A stretch of 64,000 nucleotides of DNA, taken from Vezdaea acicularis (lineage: Eukaryota). Below the pieces are notes generated by a model. That model searched no databases, was not told where the DNA came from, and saw nothing but the letters and a program-made list of their open reading frames with translations. A program made the position numbers and the translations under genes. The stretch is taken from the NCBI GenBank assembly GCA_026025075.1, contig JAPEUI010000049.1, forward strand, positions 1 to 64,000, in the 5' to 3' direction. Each line of letters starts with the position of its first letter. Positions within the stretch are counted from its first letter, which is position 1. Shown here piece after piece: positions 21,636 through 33,743 of the stretch.

Positions 21636-23372
21636 TCACCGCGCGTGGTCGGCCTGGCTTGTGGCGGCGAGCAAGCCGCCTGCATCTTGGAGGGAGTGCA
21701 GCGTATCGTGCCTCGAAATCGGCACACCGGCAGCATTCGCCTGTATGATATGTGCCGGCGGCTCTTCGGCCAGCGCCTCATGCAGCGCGCGATTGGCGCT
21801 GCGCGAGCGATTGAAGTTCGCAACTTGGGTCTGAAGGCGCGAACTGGGGGGAGGTTGTGATCGGGAGGTAGCAGATGCGGAGGGGGCGGAGGTGGGTGTA
21901 GGTGTGGAGAGGAGGCCGCCGATGTCGTGTAGGAGCGCGGAAGAGCCGCGGCGACCATAATCGCCAAAGTCTTGGGCAGAGGAGGAGCTGCTCATGCCGT
22001 TGCTTACAGTGGTGTTTGCAAGGGACTCACTGCGCCTGTGGGGGCCGGATTCGAGCAGGCCCCCAACGTCGAAGAAGGAGAGTTTTCGGCTTGGTGGGGT
22101 GGCAGGGACTTCGTCTGCTTCTCGACGTGGTTCGGTGGCTTTCAGGTCGACGTCGCTGCTCGCGTCGTCCTCGGCGAATTCCCAGCTTGCAGTGTGTATG
22201 CCTTTCGGCGGCGCTGGCTTTCCGTTCTCTGGTGCTGCTACGGCCATTGGGGCGGGGCGGACCTGGGGCGTCTCGTCGTAATGGCGCAGTTCAGGGTCAA
22301 GATGAATACCCATATCCCGCACCAAGTCCTCATCGCTGCCCCAGTATGACGGGCGTCTTCTGTTTGTCTGAGGCCGTTCTAAGCTTTCGCTTTGAGATCC
22401 ATACTTGAATTTGAGCTTCTTTGGTCCCCTGTCTCTTATGAACGAGCCGATGACGAGAGCATTCGCTGCTCCAGTAGCTGCGAGGATCTCGAGGGAGGCC
22501 CAAAGGCTGCGGAATTGTTGTCGACCCCCCACACTAATGATCTTCGGAACTCGGTAGGCGGTCACGGCGATGGGAACGAAAGAGAGACAGAAAAGAAGAG
22601 TCAATTGCATTTTCCTATTAAGCTGTCAGCAAAAGGTACAACTCAGAGAGACACTCTAACGTACCGCTTAGTAGTGAACCTATTTGTCAAAACGATGGAG
22701 ATGGGGAGGAAGATGAGGATTAGATCTGTAATTATATTTAGGGTGCCCATAGTGATCAGCTGCCCGTAAGCTTGTCTGCACTGTGGCCCCGGGTCTGGCG
22801 TGACCTGCCAGTAATGTGTGATAGGGCGGCACTCCGCGAGCGTAGAGATAAAGACCGCAATGAAGGTCGCAAGTAAGAACCATCGGATGGAGTTCAGGAA
22901 GATATCATATCCTGCCTTCCAAAACTGACTGATCAATCGACGCAGCGATTCCGTGATTGTGAGCTTCTGCATCCAGATGCTAAGATCCACCACGTTAGTG
23001 AAGATATCTCAAGGTCTCCCATGGCGCCACCTACAATGCAGCAAAGAATATTCTCGAGCCCAACACAAGCCTACTACCGATCGACTGATGTTCCTCATCA
23101 AAGGTATAATCCGTAAGGCCAACCTTTCCTAGGTTGTTCGTCCCCCATATCAACACCAGATGTACCAATGCCATTCGAGCAAGCAGAGGTATAATACTCA
23201 AGGCCATAATCTTGTCCTCATGAAACAGCTTGCCGGTCCGAACCAGACGTCCACCTAAGCGCACTAAGATGGCGCACAGCGAGAAACCCGTCACCCACCA
23301 TGATACCAAGACAGTCGGTATGACCTTCGTCAGAGCCGGCAGATCGTCGGTGTAGAGCCTCCGCAGAATCAT
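21636..23372 (-). CDS. PTH11-like (rhodopsin-domain) integral membrane protein / GPCR-like, no CFEM domain; 3 exons
   Basis: LVRLGGR...EDKIMALSI, IWGTNN, IWMQK, ECRPITHYWQV.PDPGPQC, NIITDLILIFLPI, WASLEILAATGAAN, then a long cytoplasmic tail. Two GT-AG introns (about 22980-23034 and 22615-22662). Confidence 0.9.
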
Positions 23373-26191
23373 CTTGGTCGTCGATCTCTACTCCTCCACG
23401 ACTCCTTCTGCTCAACGAACCAACGTGAGCCGCAATCGAGACGCAAACGCGAGGTTGTGAAAATCTGGTGCTTTCACTCGGTCATGAGGGATATAGGAGC
23501 TGACCGGACGGATCGCACGCTTGTTGCACGAACAGCATCTCACTTGGCCTTTGTCTATCTCAAAAACATCAGCTGCGTTAAAGCTTCACCGATATACGTA
23601 TGTTGTTGGACGAGAGGGGAAACGGTGCTGAGCCAATGGCGCACACGGACTCGGTGGCTACCGTGCGAGATGTTCAACTCGGGAGGGAAGCTCTTCGAAA
23701 GCAACGGACAGGTTCGTGTAGGATGGTCTGGGAGAGGGTTGATGAGGAACGTGCGGGTGATGTTTGGAAGATTTCTCGATGTAGATTAAGGAAAGAGAAG
23801 AGTATCGCGCTGAGAAGTCAGTTTCCTGAGACGATCCTATAGCATGTGCCTTGCCGGAGATGGGAAGCGCAGCGAAACCTTCTCGACAGCCATCAAGGCG
23901 GTAGATACGGACTGAACGTCGGCATGGTTGGGCTGGACGTCGCCCGGGCACTACCAAAGGGTCCCTTGCTCAGGTGGGTGTGGTGGCACAGTGCCCTTCC
24001 GCCAGGACCTCCATCTCTCAGGCGATGTGGAGCTAGGACGGATCCCGGTGATTCGGTGGTGATAAGCCCAATTATCACGCTTCCAATCCTCCTGATTGGT
24101 GATTGGAGCGAGCGCAACTCAACTTGTGCGCAAAAGCAGCCCGCGCACTATCTCACTTTTGCGGTTGCAGCCTGCATCAGCATCCCGTAAATGCAAGAAT
24201 CCTCAGTGAGAGTGATACGATAGTCCTTGTCGCGCTGCTTCAACCCAATCAGTACCGGTGTGTGCGTGAATTTATGTTTTGGGTAGCACCGAAGTCTCAA
24301 ATACTCGGAAGGCTGTTCGCTCTCACCATCCTGAAATTAAAAGGTGAAGACTGGCGGCGAGCACGGCTGGGCGCGGTGCAGAGCTTAACGTTATTGTCAA
24401 GACAAGCCGAGATCATCGAAGGGAAGAGCGTGCGACAATTGGCTTTCTGCAGGCCGTTTATCTGTTGTGACGTTGCCCCAACATTACAGACTTTCTCAAG
24501 CGCTGCAAATGCGTAGACGTTTGGAGGCCCGCATGCAGAGAAAGAGGGTAGGTTCCGATCCTTCTACCAGCCAGCCACGGCTTCCACGCATGCCAGGCCT
24601 TCCATTATTCCATGCATGAGCAGGTCTGACTCCTGATTTCTTCAGCTCGGTCGATCGCATTCTAGGACCAGCCTTACAGACCAATGCTTCAACCGCAGCT
24701 AACATTAAATTGTTGGGCGCAATGCAAAGAATTCTGCCCTCACAAGAATAGCTGCGCAGAGGAAGAAATAGCCTTCTCACGACGTTCAACTTCGATTTGC
24801 AGGCAGCACTATTCTCGTTTGAAGTGTCGCCTCAATCACTGTCGCACGATCAGTTACCTATTCAGAGTGGTTTGAAAAGTGCCGCTTGCTGGGGGCTAGG
24901 TACGTGTACTCTGGAGAAGACCTTCCAGTCGGACGCCAAAGGACAGCGATCTGCGCTACCCACCTTCCGCTATAAGACTGGTCGACTAGGCCTGCCCTCC
25001 CCTCGAGCGCAACGGCGAAAGAAAACCCCATGATATCTGGCGCGTTATGCTCACTCTTACCCAAGACGATGCTTCCTTGCTGCTTAATCGCGGCTATGAT
25101 ACATTGCAGACAAATTTAGTGATGGGCGGCGTCATCCGCGCTTGCCCTCAAAAAGTAGCATCGGATGGTCTTGTGTCCTGTTAACCATATCGTTGCGACA
25201 CCCTGTATTCGCATAGGAATCTTCCACTTCGCGAACAAACGCCCATCTGATGAAACAAAAGACCCAGCATTGCCGGAGCTTGGACCACAGGCCAAGACCG
25301 TCAACTGTTGAGAGTGTCATCCTTGTTTGCAATGTTTCACTAGACTCATAGTCCCAGTTGCGCAACCTTGGTTGATGGAGGCTTGAAGGACCCTTCGTAA
25401 CCCCCATTCGATAGATGACTCCAGGTCCTCCATATGCGAAGAATACTGTTGAAGTATCTGATCAACAGCGATCCGAAGGGCGGAGGGTCTTGGGAAGAAC
25501 GTTCAAAGCTTTCGGCCCTAGCTTCCAAGTGCCATGTGCCAACTTGGATCACGAGTCTGCCTTCGCTGCCTGACTCGGCTTTCGATGGTAGGTAGCTCTC
25601 CCCACACGATTTAGAGGGTCGATGATCGGGATAAAGCCAGTGCGAACTATTGCTCTGATCTTCCTGCTTCAGAGACTTCTCATCAACCCGGGGAACCCCA
25701 CCACTCATGATCCTGTAGGAGGCTGAACGGACACGAAGGTGGCCAAGGCGCTGAAGGGATGCCACACGTCGATGACGCTTTGAGGAGTGTCGCTGCAGGC
25801 ATTGACATTTGCTTTGAAGACCATCTAAGTCAGTAGGAATATCTGAGCTATGAACATAAATAATCCTTCGAGACAACAAGTTGCAATTATGACTGCAACA
25901 AACAGGTTGGCGAGAGAGCGAATGAGGAGCGTTCTATACTTTGAAAATAGTCAAAGACTTCGGTTGGTACTCCAAGTAATGTTTATTGTGATTAAAGTGA
26001 GGGTATCGGCTCCTTGGGTTCGAAAAACGATACGGGAGGACAGCCCCCTGAATTCATAGGCCACTCAGCCGTTGAGCTAGTGGCGTCAACAGCTCTATCA
26101 AAGTAAGAAGCGTCGAATTCATGCACTCCTTCTCGAGTGCAGATCCCATCTAAGATACAGATCGTAATACCTGTAGTATCAAATGTGACGA

Positions 26192-27341
26192 TCATACGTA
26201 ATTCGCAACCTGTTTCTCACACCACATATAGAACTTTAAGGCCTTATCCCTGCCGCCTTCATTCGCTGGTCTTATAGCTTGAGCAATGTCGTTTCTGATG
26301 GGCCCAATGCGACCCCATGGGATGATATAGCTGCCTGTACTCTCCATTGTCAGATCAGGTGATAATCCAGCGTAAAGTTCTGTGTATGCCCCGTATATAG
26401 GTTCATAGAAGGCTGATCGCAGGACAGTGTTAGTAAGGTCAGGTATGTGGCGTGTCAGAGCCGTCTTCAGGTTTCCCGGATTCAGACACTGTGTACGGTG
26501 AGCTCCAGCATACAACAGCCCAATCTGCGAATACTTACTAGAGACACGATTCCGTCTTCTCTATATCTCTTTGCCATCTCTACGCTAAGAAATAGGTTTC
26601 CCACTTTGCTCTGTGCATACTTCACTCGCTGATTGACGGGCTCTTTATACTCAAGGTCCTCAATGACAATTCCACCCTGAGGGGCTGTGGTATCGATAAC
26701 GATTGACCCTGTCCAGCAGACACGTACTGAACCCAATGGACTAGAAGCCGCCGTTCTCTTAAGAATAGGAATGAGTAGTTGTGTGAAGAGAAAGGGCGCT
26801 ACACAATTAGTCCCCAATTGTAGCTCGTAGCCCTATAACAGTTAGTAAAGGGTTCCGCTAACCAAAAAGACCAACGAAGAGATTACCTGCTTTGTAGCAG
26901 TTCCAGCTGGTGGAAGCATGACCCCAGCATTGTTCCAGAGTACATCGAGTCTCTCTTCTTTCTCCATAAAATTCTCAACACTAGCCTTGATCCCAGTCAA
27001 GTCGTCAAGATCAACGTGCAAGAAGTCAATCTTGCCGGTCGAGCTCGAGAATGTAGACCTGATCTGTTCAATCGCTGCTAACCCTTTCTCCCGCGATCGC
27101 CCAGCCACGTATATGGTTCCATTTTTCTGGTACAGAAGCTTTGATAGCTCGAAGCCAACGCCCGAGGCGCCTCCGGTAACTATGAAGACCTACAAAACTC
27201 AGTGTGTCAGTGTGGCCTTAGCTCAGCAGAACTAGGAGCTTTGGGATATCCAATCAAGCGAACCTTGCCATCTTGATCTGAAAGCTCATGCTCGGTAAGC
27301 GTAGGCTTTGGCGGAGCAATCTGGCTAATAGTGTTACCCAT
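26192..27341 (-). CDS. Short-chain dehydrogenase/reductase (retinol dehydrogenase/WWOX-like); 4 exons
   Basis: MGNTISQIAPPKPTLTE...GK|VFIVTGGASGVG (TGxxxGxG), LDVLWNNAGVM, LGTN, catalytic YAQSK, LNPGNLKT and YIIPWGR. Confidence 0.94.
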
Positions 27342-27559
27342 TTTTGTATCGCAAGGTGATTGTGCCTGTAAATGCTGAAGCTCTAGTGCAGTTTTATCTC
27401 TCAATGGAAAACTGCATATGAGGCTAGAGCTAATGTGGAGCTGTGATCGCAGCCGAGACTATGATTTCACTAGAGTTTCGAGAATTGAAGGCGATCATAA
27501 ATTTAAGACTAACATCATAGATTATAGATAAGTAAACCCCGTGAACCGTACGATATGTT

Positions 27560-28962
27560 CTATGATGTTGTCTGCTCATTCCTCCATAACCTGATAGTCG
27601 TATCAAGACCACAGCTGACAATCATTTGCTCAGTTGGGTGGGTATCGATCCCTAAGACTACGCCTTCGTGAGCATTTGTTTTTTGGAGGAGCGTCTTCGA
27701 CTTGACATCCCAGATAAGTATGCTACCATCCTCACTGCCCGACACGACAAAAGCATTTGGCCCATAAGTACCAAATGCCCCACTTATGCTATAACGCCTA
27801 TTCTTGTGCCCTTGATACGTCTTGACGCATCGCCCGTCTATATAATTCCACAAGCGAACGCATGAGTCAAGGGTCCACGCGAGCACGAACTTCCCGTTGG
27901 GAGAAAAGGAAACTGAAGTCACCGGAGCATTGTCTTCATGGACGAGCGTCCGTAGGCATTGCCCTGTGGCTGTATCCCATATGCGGATTAGGCCGTCTCC
28001 CGCACAACTCGCCACCAGGCTCCCGTCTCGAATGAAATCCACACCACCAACAGGATCGGAGTGAGCAGGCAGCTTTCGCATGATGCGGCCGCTTCTGACG
28101 TCCCACAGGAATACTGCTTCGTCATAGGAGCCGCTTACCAGCATGTTCCCTTTGGGGGAGAAGGCGATGGAGTATATGTAGTTATGATGACCAATCAGAG
28201 CGGCCGGATAGGGCTTAGCCTGATAGTAATTATTAGCCTAAGCCTGAGTCAGCTCTTATGGTGAGCACTTACTGTCCGAATGTCCCAAAGTCTAATCGAC
28301 TTGTCATCCGACCCAGATGCTATGGTACTTGAATCTGGGCTCCACGCGATGGTCGAGATACCAGCGAGGTGGCCTTCAAGGGTCGAGGCAAGCTTTCCAG
28401 TTGTTGCGTCCCAGACTTTGATCATACAATCAGCCGCTATGGAGGATGTTGTCAGCAGCCTTCTCTTTTTGAACTACCCTAGAGACCTACAGCAACTTGC
28501 AATCCATTTTCCATTTGGCGAAAACTTAACGCTAGAGACGCCTTTCTTGTGTCCTCTTAGAATAAGTTTTTGTTTGTAGGCAACGTGTGTTCCGAGAGAT
28601 GGAGGCGTCAAGGGTGGTGAGTTCGGGGCGCTTGGCAGCAGAGATGTATTTCTACTCAGAGAGGCGGAAGGGCTTCCCGGACGAGCTTGCTCTTCCCTGT
28701 AGAAAGCCGGGTGCAGCTTATCTAGGGCGCTGGTCTGTCCGTCGGAGTTGGAATACGTTCTATCCTCAGAATCTGGAGTTTCTCCATGAGACCTGAGGCT
28801 CGGTGGCTGGGGGCGAGGGGTATAGTTGGAGCGGTCACCCAACTCATCTGGAGAGCTATAACCTGGTGTTCTGTCGCAACTACTTTCAAGTTTTCGTCGC
28901 TTTGAAGATCGTTCAGAGCTTGCATAAGGTGAAGCACTCTCAGGAGAAACCCTATCAGACAT
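27560..28962 (-). CDS. SWD3: COMPASS/Set1C WD40 subunit (WDR5 ortholog) with disordered N-extension; 3 exons
   Basis: LRGHKKGVSSVKFSPNGKWIASC|SAD, LEGHLAGISTIAWSPD, LVSGSYDEAVFLWDVR, LPAHSDPVGGVDF and CVKTYQGHKN. Confidence 0.93.
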
Positions 28963-29156
28963 TTCAGCTTCGGAGGGTGGGGCGTGAGAATTATGTATAA
29001 ATTCAGAGATTGCGTTAAAGGTAGGCGGCTCTCTCCACCCAATCGGTGCTCACTTTTCTGCCGGGCGGTCAACATAATTCCGTCGTCATTCATGAAACAA
29101 GAACTTGAATAGCACTCGTCCATTTCTTCATCCATTACATTCGGCAGGATTACTAA
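28963..29156. promoter_or_regulatory. Compact divergent promoter, SWD3 / ISC1
   Basis: Head-to-head ATGs separated by 194 bp. Confidence 0.65.
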
Positions 29157-30691
29157 ATGGTCAATTCTTCGAAGTCCTGTCCGACCCGGATTAATATCCT
29201 CACCATCAATTGTTGGGGCCTTAAATACCTAGCCAAACACCGTAATGCCCGCCTAGCAGAAATTGGCGCACGAATCGCCACTGCGGACACTGCTCCAGAT
29301 ATTGTAGGCCTACAAGAATGCTGGACGCAAGAGGATTACCGCAGTATTCGACAGCAGACCCAGCGAATCTTGCCATACGGCAAGTTTTATCACAGCGGTA
29401 TATTTGGCGGTGGTCTGGCAATACTGTCGAAGTGGCCAATTGTGGAGAGTAGCATGGTTGGATATCCTTTAAATGGGAGACCGACGGCTTTTTTCCGTGG
29501 GGATTGGTTTGTCGGAAAAGGCGTTGCCTGTGCAAGAATAATTATGGGTCCGTGTGAGGATGATGTTGCGGACGTCTTCTGTACTCATGTAAGAGCTCAT
29601 CAACTGAACGAGCCCTTGATCAGGGAAGGACGGCCCTGATTCCACCATAGTTACATGCCCCTTATGAACGAGAGCCATATGACTCTTATATCTGCCACCG
29701 GACTGCGCAAGCTTGGGAGATTGCCAAACTCATGAAAAGCGCTGCTGAGAAAGGCCACTTGGTCATCGGACTAGGTGACTTCAATATGGTTCCTCTCTCC
29801 CTTGCTCATCAGATCATCACAGCACATGCCCCAGTCGTCGATGCATGGCGAGCCTTGCACCCTAGCTCCTCGATAGGGGCGGCCCTGGATGCTGTCGAAG
29901 TAGCTCGCAACAAACCCTTACCAACAGCAGAATTTAATTTGATCGAAAATGGAGCGACTTGTGACAGTATCCTTAACACATGGCGATTCGAGAAATCGCT
30001 AAAAAAAGAGCTCGACAAGGGCAAAGACGTTTACGTTGACCCCATGACTAAGGACCCCCGAGCAAAGAGGCTAGATTATATTTTTGTGAGTGATAGCAAC
30101 ATGAATGTACATTCAAAGCGGCAAGGCCGACATGGGGCTTGGGAGGTCTCGGACGTAAAAGTCGGTATGACTGAACGTCATCCGACTTTGAAGTGCTCCC
30201 TAAGTGACCATTTTTCCGTGGAAGCTGTCCTGGTAAGGCATGAAGGACAGTCTGTGCGTGGTAGCAAGGAAGCACTAGACGGACTTGGATCTGACGACAG
30301 CGTGAATAATGGTGAAAGGCACGGATCAAGATCGGGGCACCTCCCCGTGTCTGTGTACGACGATATTTTAGAGATGATCAAAGTATACACATGGCGTGAG
30401 CAACGACAACGACGCTTGAGGCTTGGTCATTTCCTTGGAGAGATTGCTGTTGCCATAGGATGCTTCACAGCCATCTGGTGGTCACCGCGGCATTTCGTTT
30501 CGTTTCTCTTAGTATTTGTCAGTACCTTTGGCTTGGCCGTGGGGATTATAGATGGGCTGATTGGAGGTCTCTTCATCGGTAGTGAGATGAGGGCGTTAAA
30601 GGAGTTCCGATGGGAGATCACCAATGCTAGGAACAGAGCTCAAGGCTCCGGCCATGTCTCCTTCGATCCAGAAGATGTCGTAGATGAATGA
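29157..30691 (+). CDS. ISC1: Inositol phosphosphingolipid phospholipase C (neutral sphingomyelinase); intron 29589-29650, 490 aa
   Basis: LTINCWGLKY, VGLQECW, GLAILSKWPI, RGDWFVGKG, THLHAPY, GDFN, RLDYIF, SDHFSV, and two C-terminal TM helices. Confidence 0.96.
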
Positions 30692-31093
30692 AAGGTTTAG
30701 CGGTAAGAGTTCGGGCCAAGCTCGACATCCCCTATGAACCGTGCAAATAGAAATACATATTGCGTACTCATCGAACACGCGAACGCTGTTCAAAGATCTT
30801 GATTTATATAATGGTCTGCACGAGATTACTTCAAAGCTTGGAGATTTATTTGGGGTCATATTCGTTTATTTACCATGTATATCTCTGTTAGTATCAATGA
30901 GTTTTGATTTTAAGGTGAGTTCATGCGAGCCTACAACTCGCGTACATGGTAGATTAATGCTCTTGTGAGAAAGAGATATACCAAAATGAGAGAAAATCAT
31001 TAAGGTGATGAAGCACTAAGGCGCATGGGCACAGGTTGCGCTCCCTTTTCAATACAGCAAGCACAAGAGCACGCAGATATTGTCAAGGACGCA

Positions 31094-32787
31094 ATGGCTC
31101 CAAAATTGTAAGCTGTGTCCGGTGCTATATCACCTTCCTCTTCTGCTGACCTCAACTAATAACGTCCCAACTTAGGGTAGTCATTGGTGGCACCAATGGA
31201 GATTTTATCTCACTTTTTGAGAAGCTCTCAACTCTCCAATCTAAGAACAATTTCTCTTTTGCAATCATTGCTGGGGATCTATTCGGAGAATATGGCGCTG
31301 CCTCATCAGAGGCTCTCAAGAGTTTAATAGAAGACAAAGTCATGATTCCCCTGCCTACTTATTTCGGACTTGGAAAGCAGCCGCTTCCTGCAGAGGTTGT
31401 TGGACGGCTCACAAAGAGTGACGACAATGTGGTTTGCTCAAATTTGTATTTCCTTGGCAAACGGACTACGCTCACAAGTTCAGAAGGCGTGAGGATCGTA
31501 GCCTTGGGAGGTCAGAATGATCCTGAGGTGACAGCTCGAGCATCGAAAGACAAATATACACCATTTTACACAATGGCCGATGCTAAAACTTTGAAAGGCG
31601 CTAAAACAGCAGACATATTGCTCACCGCAGATTGGCCAACATCAGTTCGGAACTTTTCCAAAGTTGCAGTACCTTATGGCTTTTCGGATCCGCCTAATCA
31701 TCAACATATTTCTGAGCTGTGCAGTGCAGTCATGCCGCGCTATCACTTCAGTTCTTCCGCTTTCTTCTTTGAAAGAGAACCCTTCTTTCAGGGTGAGAAT
31801 GATACGTCTGAGGTCCGTTCTATAACTCGATTTATATCGTTGGCGTCGTATCAAAATCCTGCAAAGCAGAAGTGGCTGTATGCCTTCACGCTTTCAGCCG
31901 CCACTTCTACCCCTCCGCTGGGCACGACTGCTTCACCTTTCTCTTCAGCTGTGCTCAAAAAACGCAGGGCACCTTTGGACAGTCAGTTCACTCGGTTCTC
32001 CCAGGACGACAATCGCCATCATCATAAAAGGCCACGGCAGCCCCCTCCTGGGCCGAGGGAGTGTTTTTTCTGTTTATCTAATCCCAACCTCGCAGTTCAC
32101 CTCATAACATCAATAGGCACGGACGCGTATCTCACCACTGCAAAAGGGCCGCTCCCGACCAGGGAAACATTTCCTTCCCTTCAGTTTCCCTGTCATATGC
32201 TAATAATCCCTCTATCTCATTCTCCAACTATATCAACAATTCCAGATTCTTTGTGCCGACAGTCTACAAACGCGGAGATGAAACAGTACAGGAATGCGCT
32301 GCATTCCATGCTTGCTCAAAAATCAGAACGACAGCTTGGTGCTGTGTCCTGGGAGGTTAGTCGATTGGGGGGAATCCATGCGCACTGGCAATTTCTTCCC
32401 ATACCGAATGAGCTTATTGAGAAGGGTCTCGTAGAAGCAGCGTTTAAAGTTGAAGCAGAAAACCTCAAATATCCGAAAATGGTACTTCAAGAAGCATCGA
32501 ATGCAGACTATGATGTGTTCCGGCTCTGGGTCTGGTCCCCTGCTCCTGCGGTCGAAGTCGAGGAGGGTAGCAACACCTTAGGGACGGAGAGGGCATTAAT
32601 ACTTCCTCTATCTCCCGATATACGTTTCGATCTTCAATTCGGACGTCGTGTCCTAGCTAAATTGCTTGGTCTCGATAATCGCCTCGATTGGAAGGACTGC
32701 ATTCAAAGTCAAGAGGACGAAGTTTTGGATGCTGAGCATTTTAAGGACGCCTTTAAAGAATTCGATTTCTCTCAAAAGGACTCTTAA
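31094..32787 (+). CDS. DRN1: CWF19-like protein 1 / Drn1 (degenerate metallophosphoesterase plus CwfJ domains); intron 31108-31175
   Basis: MAPKL|VVIGG...IAGDLF, NLYFLGKR, DILLTADWP, PRYHF...FFEREPF, TRFISLA, CFFCLSNP, AKGPL, HAHWQFLP and FDLQFGRRVLA. Confidence 0.93.
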
Positions 32788-33743
32788 GTTCTCGGCACCC
32801 ATGGATGATTCCGTTCGTTAACTTCAACTTCACTTTTAGACAAAATGCTCAGGCCTTACAGCAGATGGATGCCAGCGGTAATGGAAGTCTGGTCAGGTCA
32901 CCAATAGAAATCACGCATCGAAGGGAATCAAATAGGACTCATTGTTTTGCCAGCCCGTTTCATTGTGCTTAGGTCAGTCTTGATATTTACCTTGGGAACA
33001 CCGACTGGCATCCACGGGAGTGACGACTATTCGCTCTCTCACAAATCTTACAGCTGGTGCTAGCCACGTGTATCTACTTCAGGGGCCTACCACATGTACA
33101 TTTTGGATCACATTTCCTTGCTATGAACCTCCAAACTATGACGAATTTGCAGCAGGCTATTGGTTCAGACAGCTGCGATAGTACTTACCAGAGAGGGCTA
33201 TGTTTGAAGCTAACCATAGATAGCGATAGACCTCTTGGATAACGGCCCCCTTATTTCTTCTTAGCAATTCGTGGGAACAAGTTCAAATAATCCGATCCTG
33301 GGGCGTAGAGTGCCATCTATGCACATGGCAAGATTGTGTTCACTAACAATCAGGCGCGTCTTGCCAATTGGCTGAAATGAGACGCTTGAGGCACTGCTTA
33401 ATGTCAGTGCGTAACACGCGATAGCGGCGATAGGGCAGCTTGGCTTGACGGTCCGTTTGCGAGCGACGCCTATCGTAGGATTTTGTAGGATTCGGCAAAG
33501 TGTTTCAAAGGCATACCGGCGACCATGAATTGGGACCTCTGCTGAATGATGACTTAACTCCGCCATGAAAAAGCGTGTGGCTTTGAGAGTGGTTAAAACT
33601 CTGTTTTCGCGCTGGTTCGTGCGCGCAACCAATTTATCAGCGTTGCTACAAGTTCAGCGGTCTCTTATAACTGCTAATCTACAATTTTCCTTATGCCTTA
33701 GATCATGGGCTTCTGCTTCAGTGCGTGAGGCACTCATGTGCTC

